Shown here piece after piece: positions 58,101 through 62,700 of a stretch of 64,000 nucleotides of DNA (positions within the stretch are counted from its first letter, which is position 1; every line of letters begins with the position of its first letter). Under the pieces are notes generated by a model. That model was given only the letters and a program-made list of their open reading frames with translations, searched no databases and was not told the origin of the DNA. The translations under genes and the position numbers were made by a program. This DNA comes from Candidatus Woesearchaeota archaeon (lineage in GTDB: Archaea; Nanobdellota; Nanobdellia; Woesearchaeales; GW2011-AR15): contig JAFGJW010000005.1 in the NCBI GenBank assembly GCA_016928835.1, forward strand, positions 37,815 through 101,814, in the 5' to 3' direction.

Positions 58101-59733
58101 TACTTCAAAGGATTCCTCTCAGATTATTAATGGTGGTACAAACAACCTCACAGTAAACAGACTCAATGGTACAGTAATATGGAGTATTGAGTGCTATGAC
58201 AATACCAGCCAGCTGATGTATAACAGATCTTCCAATAGAACGCTCAATGTTGATGTTGATGGACCATTACCTATAATAACTACAGCTAATCAATCATGGT
58301 TTAATACAACAACCCCAAGTATCAATTTCTATATAATTGATAATATGGATCTTGACTCAATTAACTATAGTTTTTTTGTAGATGCTGTGAAAAACACTAA
58401 TGGAACTATAGGTAATAATACACCTACATCTGATAACCTTACTATTCTGGCAGATGGGCCACATATAGTGCTGATTGAGGCTTATGATAATGTAGGTAAC
58501 TACAGGAATTCATCCCCTATCACTATTTATGTTGATACAATAAAACCAAGCATAAGGCTTAATGAGCCTACCAACGGGGGAACCACAGTAACAAATATAG
58601 TAACATTCAATTATACTCCAATTGACGCACTTTCATGGAATCTAACCTGTAACCTGACACTTGACAACACTATTAGAAACACATCTGTAATTCTCAATGA
58701 TACCAATTTTACTGTGACTATTGGAGGCTTAACAGCAGGAATCCATTGGTGGAATGTTACATGCATGGATTTGGCTGGAAATATAAATACCAGTGAAACA
58801 TGGAATTTTACAATACCTCTGCCAGATTTTACCCTTAACTCAACACATATTGTGTTCAATACAAGTGCTCCGCAGGAAAATAAAAACCTTACAATCAATG
58901 CAACTGTATTTAATATCGGTCAGTCAGATGCTGAGAATGTTGTCATACAGTTCTATGAAGGACACTATAGTCTGGGAAATCAGATTAACGGTAATTTCAC
59001 AAGGAATATATCCAAAGGGGCTAATGCAACAGTAAGTGTGAATTGGACGCCAACCACTACAGGCAGCTTTGATATTTATGTTATTGTTGATCCTCCTCTG
59101 GCAACTAATGGATCAATTGCAGAAGAGAATGAATCAAACAATTATGCACATAATCAGTTGGGAGTATCCAGCAATCACGTCTTGTATGGGAACCTCAGCG
59201 GAGTTCTTTATATTCAGGACCTGACCAATCAGACACTCTATGAATGGGACCCAACCAACTTCAGTGGAAGCAATATCTATGCGGCAGATTATGATGCACA
59301 GATTGACTGGCAAAAGTTGCATCCTCTTGGAAGAAGTACTGCAAATGTTAGTGAATTTGACGATTTCCATCAGCTTGATACACAATTATTCATGGAAAAC
59401 AACTCGGATGATATCAATGCTACATGGACCTTTAACAACTCTCCAAGACAGACAGATTCATTCACAGTGTTTAAAAAGAGCATTTCTCTTGTGCCAATTG
59501 TGAACTCAACAAACAATACCAATTTTATCACTGGCATAATGTGGGATACCTCTGACCCCAACCTTGGCGGAAGATTTAATGGTTCGCAGGATGTTGTCTT
59601 TGTTACCAGGATAAATGAGAATACTACAGGCTCATTGGGATTATATGATTTTGAGATGAAAATTCCTGCTAATGTCAGGCTTCACAAGACACCAGACCAA
59701 ATTACTGTCAAGTTATATGTTGAAATAAAATGA
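43171..59733 (+). CDS. Giant (5520 aa) secreted adhesin-like glycoprotein
   Basis: Signal peptide, MG2-like, DUF2341-like (WWDTNWNKRRSF), jelly-roll-like inserts, many Cys-stapled Ig-like repeats (NCSL.ING...YNW.V.C.D), two CARDB-like domains, dense N-x-S/T. No C-terminal TM. Confidence 0.88.
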   Translation: MLTPHTLRTNTKTVLLILLFNILTLTTFSEDRLIQLDKYQYLPFEKVNINLNIDIQDTHRLVIKNQGKEYQLFDPKQYTYFIPSAEGRYVVELYSSTELMASQEFMVGEVPESEQNESDQTHEEEELLENTSIMNLAIYTNKPSYSVNEPVQILTSYEGGFKNLILTVHCKDIAYRFMNEPRSGIMFVPKEPGEYVIKVTDPLGRLVAEVQFNVEGIVETAPEGISNSVSEIGVVEDVVDAEPEDNEDTEEVSYSLVKIKNSNNELFDSKAKIYGQTQTILGSSNVSSSTYTMEIQLDNNNGPKIIFKDIKISDSILLNYEQLDQGIVRQGNLASKNIKKAYAIDPSTLEFSSGELRLIAEGTELFKCKNYDFLSRSCYGSWDKIMDIVPGQEYSIILGPEDPAYAEAGVASINTVKSIYHPNETAGIMIVVLDKYGHLVSNAEVNLTITDPNNSSFYFSTNANTISETQTGIYSLNFTQTEHEGNYLMKIIAYGANTNQTMQSYFNVQEHYEFDILRNTPITIDPWKYRLVSSILIVSNNYTGNFSFAEVLPLGFGIESAAGAILTSDESNIYLTWNNLANNSLIVYSSYIPLITPALYEIGPSIITYGTSSFYEARAWYLAVDPSQAQMFKETFPNADGTWNGDGNGDTAQDMTGWYAWQEGGDMAVQVSDLDNAAGSLPPSGGNHLTFEDCDNGFSNTQCLAAININLSACDSDTVISWYWQHDDTDGFPANEGHQVHYSTDSTTGQDGTWTLMEEQIDPTENTWFRTSYSVPSSANVEGFWVRFRARMNVDGEHVYIDDVEANCTIDYEPNVTLEYPPQNYLNSTSDPVNVVFNCSAKDDFDVYNISLYITNAYNQSFSFNNSCNVATQNGSCNWTLSLHNGNYTWNCLAYDNRSQHDWGDSNRSLLIDDAYPNTPVVNSYECEINSAGNWQLCNNLAYGSTLRQVRVNCTVQGANVTNVTISLFNIPDSNYLLDNYTSDNSTGYWQLDIDDILIEDSGDFNISIICLSSRGIEKANSTFWSIPWGTLEGVLLNPTSSRDVIQNTTFNFSSRVSCIGGECGDVNATAGYKGEWWDTNWNKRRSFNLTSPDNTERINEIVRVNVSGFGGSLSSCDDELRIISGLTSEQFAEIPFTVESGDNSTWCYVRFLANVSSTTPTHYYAYYNNIAATNPGYSAVKISYVDNSNFSATTDWTYYETEPDDTGEYTTAQSYSPTQSYNIYTGTAATQGNYAEIFQDIVLPCHNCSLTVSAYNRLESAGTTENAFYAQIIMDTTTLSSVGTPPDGSSPIDWTMRSNTYTPSSSVERLHLRFLSDVTFASGWGQRDVFWDNVEIAPVNPINNVVTIGSEENLVVPISTTPSAAPFWTSSSNPYTPLTRPCLGNLKSGESCDTTWIVNATGAINSKWDLLVQYAPTTYASYISNNITSHVEITIVDYIRPEISNIQCKEIAQAWGDCSDVQFNDQLDAIRAQCIYDVGDPIQNMTFKLTNINDNYVYFDSVTADNSSGYWLLNISDITIRDSGDFNLYATCTANPTGVDDINWSIPFGFLTLGLLPFTNQNRNVTQNQFFTFRAELNCNGGECGDSNASLWYKNADTSLQVIEFIGFEDDAVEEAKWIDDAAPSGVLSVEAGADWNPRTGSYALAMTGNIDPALDYWYRNISLAGYEDVSIEMYSSTEDTESADDYIMYYWNGSEYSFMWEDLNRDSGSQTVWSQHITPIPYSEVTNDFRIRVGWSTSSAAETMILDDVNVSGYKLYYWNLLNTTSGDLPLYTIDSNPLYPLDTSCLHNMSGGDSCTLEWQVNATGSISSVWNMIVWSEPLNYSQNVSRINSSIINLTIVNNALPHVVDISLTPDYPEDFNDLVCFFTVEDPDVFDDLYVNVTWFRDNISFESNIINVTSGIEYSDIMESSNTSINDEWYCQVTPFDNVGAGNTTNSSVVTILSDAPPLIHYIQCQEDNMTWGDCSIIGFSDYLTQVRVNCTDTQKVTNATFSLINIPDNYEFFNATTSYQQGDYFILNISDILIQDSGEFNLHVVCRDNASNERYDFADWTVPWGTLVASLVSPSANVSVSKGVFFTWTSSVLCSGGECGSINATLDPEALKGNEPGINIINPQSYPMLGGNWTVLFNTKGKSDLTITVNEDTAWSNVEDKGDLKFMDLRCGQDIVDYEWIHTGDQQSVFVPGYECSDVSYETSRVLTSGRHNLVFDYGPNRVYAHNLVSYVHSDGSQGTSFTFNISSPDNRLVVIVADDESTGTYLTGVTVDGKSCDLVNTADNPVGAGNHMEMWYCDEDHLGSSSGDVTIAITGADPGWAIHAHLYTGVDQNGPYDNQTDSTSQSQNEILPGAIDIPLNGLLVFGAANGQSGSYNDADWDTNPTEGTDDGLSPEIEMTEVTDGPNPASAVLATAYWISTISDQTDRLFRARGSTANNRGTGIIASWKLAQLSKGVIPNTPGSTPFWTSTANPHGYSVSSCLENMTDGDICTTSWEVNATGGLNTVWEFFAYYNASTYTGYIETNYTPSIYITIVNNTLPNITALDLLPIFPPNYVNLNCTFTIYDPDFDNDLTVNVTWFRNNITFESNVYSVTSGQQYIDIMESSNTSTNEEWHCQVAPFDNLGPGTPMNSSHRIVLDNAPPQVTGVLCQLENTTWIDCTNIVFGQNLTAVRANCTDDFKVENVSFWFFNLEDNYVYFNNLSSYNYSKQFVFNNTDVHILDSGNFYLNVTCYDNSSLWDRQVINWSIPWGTLSASLVDPDSDTSVQRNAFFTFTSSITCLGGECGDVNAILDPLSYVRSSGTTGTSFSFDIGSPQDRLVVIVADDESTGTYLTGATVDGKSCDLVNTADNSIGTGNHMEMWYCDENHLGSSSGSVTVAIQGGNAGWAVHAHLYTDIDQHGPYDSQTDSTSQSQNEILPGVVDIPADGLLVFGAGNGMSGTYNDADWDTNPTEIADDGLSPEIEMTEVTDGPNPDSAVLATAYWISSTTEQTNRQFRARGSTANNRGTGIVASWYELYKGIVPMFAGSPFYTIDQNPMSYLNTSCLADMIAGDTCQVSWQVNATGQLGSTWEFFVDYNTTEYDAQVSDARTSSVYITITDASLVPPQVYLLNPDDATQTNNASIEFECHATDNIGLQNLSFYLTTTDTLQFNDSVPASGTETNVTFNKTLEEGWYKWNCWAFDTDGNDDWGATNRTLIIDLTKPWINLTYPTPNATFIVQDIIFTWVPIDNFGNPIICNLTINAIDYSVNYTDTGISVNNNTEGSSPIMGIFPNTYLWYVTCIDEAGNVNVSETRNFTISDLPPTVELITQDDYWTNQHNITLYYNATDNEGINHSDLYINGAYNKSNYTVEMEEPQWFDLFNLAEGRYNWTVNVTDVGNLTDQAPWQTFYIDYTDPIIILNYPNESISINSSSIDVNFTAIDNLDPTLVCNITINGTVNESGINADSNQSTIQTISGLRDGISFMNITCIDEAGNINTSMTVAINVSAPPTIELNYPDQNHSQKLNSIYLNYTPSDNSGLDHCDLLINGGYNDTEPAPNNNEMNYFYLEDMKEGAYTWAINCTDISGYHNISKTRTFFIDFTAPNITLIIPPPGDIVTSSIVVFNYTVADNLAEDMMCNLTLNGAVNISNIPSPNNTVVSRNITIFEETTHYWNVTCWDGAGNINVSVTWNFSVLVPPAVDLISPDDNYVTNISEINFTYYSFDSSGLQNSTLIINGQPNKSDPAPNNDAYNFFNLTGLADGRYNWTVQVFDDDNLSTTPDVKWFTIDTAPPTVQIIFPTSYYTVTTNNFSLQFNASDNLDDYLRCHIYFNEQLLSGNVSVQNGFVHSESMLKNDGYYNWSVICFDEINNSAYSGLINFSVEAPPNVSLDAPPNMTRTSNTSLTFYFTPHDDFGLQNCTLILDNELNGSVIDPASDVQQSISVDNLIGGMHNWTVRCIDAPPDLNEYAPPVKHFIIDLTGPAIDLIFPEEYGVYNYDDINFTWNATDMWGTALICNLTIDERVNVTNISATSGLLANQTVFNLSQGNHNWSITCWDDFNNTNSTGLVNFTINAPDLTLNNTHIGFNNTNPDINETLTINASIYNLGGATALNVPIDFWDGLPESGVYIGTDILASVSPGFSELAEIEWNITGGYHTIWVIVNYTGVELNTSNNNASVNISVLRSMINSPLNNSYSNALQPTFNFTLQDYTYDTINYSVLVDGAPNGQTGQVTDNVSQTVNVPLSAGQHYVQIRATDYLGRIKDSERVYIIVDRTDPSLNYIWPTPPDNWVQAVTNVTINVSIEEDNPDTLILYWAGFVNETRKDYGNLSNYTLYNLSEGVYTYYVWANDSATNFAQTSERTVRIDLKEPTINLESPDNEDTWTTSNVVEFYYNVSDASQYLNCSLLINGTVNDTSYNVEPYLSQNFVMYLRNGKYTWAINCSDQLGRVNISETRNLTVNAELTNWSRIWYERHTNDWTSTAFISLMPQPDAVENNINTSIGNQTLYTMANATSPYFGGNGVLIPMNTAVEFWGTFLSTGRWGYVTWKVVLSNSTGEYLIAQSGNDDDTYTGSNYIYPPANNRRTLNGTDFTAKTWILGPLDRIRLIVNIFNDDTSQPEEFIHYWDEYIGRSWSYVEFDQFITVGSLVVNLTEPSSDLVIPPNMTYNHTCLVNCSVGTCIDTYVYALYNSSGINWTNISSSGNLVLNGTQQNPLFLGNITEAQNVTFIIRGVLASENNIRCYAESLSSTAYSPQIRKVTVNDTIPPNVTLSSPENGYWLDYRNVTFYFDASDNVGLGNCSIFIDGLWNATKSGSELINNGLNNFTVDNIPEGYHNWTVECNDTNTNKGTTDTWNFTIDLTKPTINLIYPGDTANITSQPFDLNFTVIDNLDTNLTCNLTIDGVLYRSNFSAINNTVARTSVTLTEEDTHYWNVTCWDGESLSNINNVNYSKTRSFNLFIPPNITLVSPDDNNWTGNENVTFFFNVSDSTGIHNCTIIINEQKNTSKDSSQIINGGTNNLTVNRLNGTVIWSIECYDNTSQLMYNRSSNRTLNVDVDGPLPIITTANQSWFNTTTPSINFYIIDNMDLDSINYSFFVDAVKNTNGTIGNNTPTSDNLTILADGPHIVLIEAYDNVGNYRNSSPITIYVDTIKPSIRLNEPTNGGTTVTNIVTFNYTPIDALSWNLTCNLTLDNTIRNTSVILNDTNFTVTIGGLTAGIHWWNVTCMDLAGNINTSETWNFTIPLPDFTLNSTHIVFNTSAPQENKNLTINATVFNIGQSDAENVVIQFYEGHYSLGNQINGNFTRNISKGANATVSVNWTPTTTGSFDIYVIVDPPLATNGSIAEENESNNYAHNQLGVSSNHVLYGNLSGVLYIQDLTNQTLYEWDPTNFSGSNIYAADYDAQIDWQKLHPLGRSTANVSEFDDFHQLDTQLFMENNSDDINATWTFNNSPRQTDSFTVFKKSISLVPIVNSTNNTNFITGIMWDTSDPNLGGRFNGSQDVVFVTRINENTTGSLGLYDFEMKIPANVRLHKTPDQITVKLYVEIK
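49831..52194 (+). repeat. Intragenic duplication of a ~220-aa domain (49831-50493 and 51535-52194)
   Basis: RLVVIVADDESTGTYLTG...NHMEMWYCDE...DDGLSPEIEMTEVTDGPNP...RARGSTANNRGTG occurs twice, with long identical nucleotide runs. Confidence 0.95.
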
Positions 59734-62700
59734 GAACCAACCATACCAACCATAGGCAGGAAAAAATATTGTATGGGTTTAGCATATTTTTGGTCATGCT
59801 TTTTGGATTAGTCATTGTTAAATATGTTTTGGCTCCTGCAGGAAGCACTTGTGCAACTGAGAATTATGTCTGCGCCTGCGACCCTAATTGCCAGGGAACA
59901 TATGAACTAATGGGCAATAGCAAGACTTTCTGCCAGAGCAACCCCATAAATTGCTTTAACACAATTGACAGCTGTGCCGATGGTTCAGACGAGTCAGGTT
60001 GGGAGTATGTTGAAAAAATGATTATTACTAATATTAACAGTACTGATTTTACTGGAGGGAATATTGTAGAAGTCTTTGGGCAGTATTATTGTTATCCGGG
60101 GGACATAATAACAATAGCATATTCAAATAATTCAAATGCAGACAGTACTATATGGAGAAATGTTTATTCAGGTCAATGTCCCAGCTTCGGCTACTATAAT
60201 GTTTACAGGAATTTTACCTTAGACGAAAACGGAGGAATGCATGCTTATAGGTTTATTATAGCCTATCCAGGGGCTTCTGAGATGACATGTGGCCAAGCAT
60301 ATTCTAGTTCAGACACTGATGATATTGATTTCTATGTGATACCAAAACCAGACCTCGAGAGCCCAAATATTCTAAATATATATCCTGCCACAGGACAGAA
60401 TTTTGAGTATTCTGTTGGATTAGAAATACCTGTTATCGTGAATGCAACGGATTTTACAGGAGTCAATGAGATTTATGCCAATATAACCTGGCCTGGAGGA
60501 CAAAATCTGAGTAAAATCATTTTCCACTCTGCTAACCAGTATAATGCAACAATTAAGAATCTGGCAAACTTCACTAGATACAATATCACAATAATTGCAA
60601 ATGATACTTTAGGCAATCTGGGACATAATTACTCACACTTTTTTATTACAAACAACTATGGTGTCAATATTACCAGCCCAATTCTTTCCAATACCTACCC
60701 TTACAAAAATATTAGCTTAAGATTTATTATCAATGACAATAATACACCTTATCAGGAAGTGTATTATTCTTTGAATTCCCAGAATAACACCTATTTATTT
60801 GAAACATTTTCTATTGTAAATAATATTAGCAACAGCCCTGCTTCATATCTGCAAAACAACTTAACTAACATATCCCAATCCTTCAACACAACAGAAGCAA
60901 TGAATGTTAATTCTATTAGAATGCGACTTAAGAAGAGCACAAGTAGCACATATCTAACCTCAGTTCAGATACGGGAAGACAATTCTGGCGAGCCAGGCAC
61001 AATGTTGATTTCCTATAACCTAAGTTCTGATTTAATGAGTGATACTGACTTTCAATGGGTAAATATCACTTTTAATGATACTATCACTCTGCAAAGCAAT
61101 TCATACTATTGGGTTTACCTGAACTCATCAGAGGACGACACTGATTACTTACTGTGGGAGGCAAACAATGACACATTTGCAAACGGAGTCTCATATCAGA
61201 ATAATAGTATGGACTTGCTTTTTTATATCTATGATCGCTTTAAATATTCTGCTACCCTAAATGCTTTAGAAGGAGGTAACACTCTGGATGTGTGCGAGAG
61301 AGATGCTATCAGCATTATTAAATGCTCGTACACAACTTTCAAGGCTGACACTATACCCCCTGTTTCAGGAATTCCAACTGAGACATCAGATCCATTTGAG
61401 CTTGGTAATCCTTATCAGTTTATTACAATTAATATAAATGATGTGACTAGTTCTGTGAACAGTGTTAGAATTAATGCCAATGGTACCAATTATACAACTG
61501 ACTATCTTGGAAGCAATAATTATCAGTATAGATGGGATATTGACCATCTAGGCACGTATTACTATTGGTTCTATTTTAATGATTCTGTTGGAAATACTAA
61601 CCAGACATCGGCATACAATTTTTCAGTTGATGATACAAGAGCGCCTGACACCTCTGATCTAGCTTATTATCCTACAATTTCAGGGCAGCTTGATCCAAAT
61701 CAGACTATATATGTAAATATAACGGTTGCAGATTATTCAGAGATTATGAATGTTACGCTGCAGTACAAAATCCAAGACACATCAATATGGATTAACAAAT
61801 CTATGTATAATTCAAGCTCAACATACATGCAGAATTTCACTCCTGACACAGAGGCGAATTGGTCATTTAGAATTTTTGTAGTTGATGAGCACAACAATAG
61901 TAATACTACGCAAACAATAAACGTATCCGTATTCTATGACAAAACATGGAACTCATCGCCAAGTGAATTCAGTGAAATCTTCATAGCTCAGGGTGAAATC
62001 ATTGAGGCAGGCAATATCACAATAAATAATACTGGCGATACAAACCTGGATTTCACTGTTGCCAAGTATGCAGGGACCCCTGTTGTCTATATTAATGAGA
62101 CCTCTTTCATTGTTCCTTCCCAGGCGACTAAACTCGTTAATATCTCTGTTCAAGCCCCTGCTCAGCACCCTCTGCCATACTCATACACATTGGTGATTAA
62201 TTGTGTAACTGAGAATTGCGAAAAAAGTCTGGATTACGTTGATGGACTTATCGCGGTTGGCGAGGGAGGAACTTATCTGAGTTTCAGTGAAGTTATCTAT
62301 GATCCATCAGTTACTCAAGGACAGAGAAAAATCCTGCTAAATACTACTATCAAAAATATTGGCAATGAAACTGCCTTGAACACAACATTGAACTGGTCTT
62401 TGCCACCTGGCTGGGGAACCAATGATAACCTCACTACATATTTTGGAAATATCTCTCCATACTCAACCACGTTCCAACTTGAATATTATGGTATTTACAC
62501 AGATGTTGCATTAGACGCACCAACAGGTACACAGAATCTTACTATTTATCTTGAATATTATACTATCTCAAATGAGAGTAGGCTAAGATATATTACTAAA
62601 TCAATTGAAGTGGCAATATATGATACTGGTCAGGGGGGAGAAGAAACTCCGGGCCCAGGTGATGATACCCCTAGTAGAGGGCCTAGTGGACCTGTATCTC

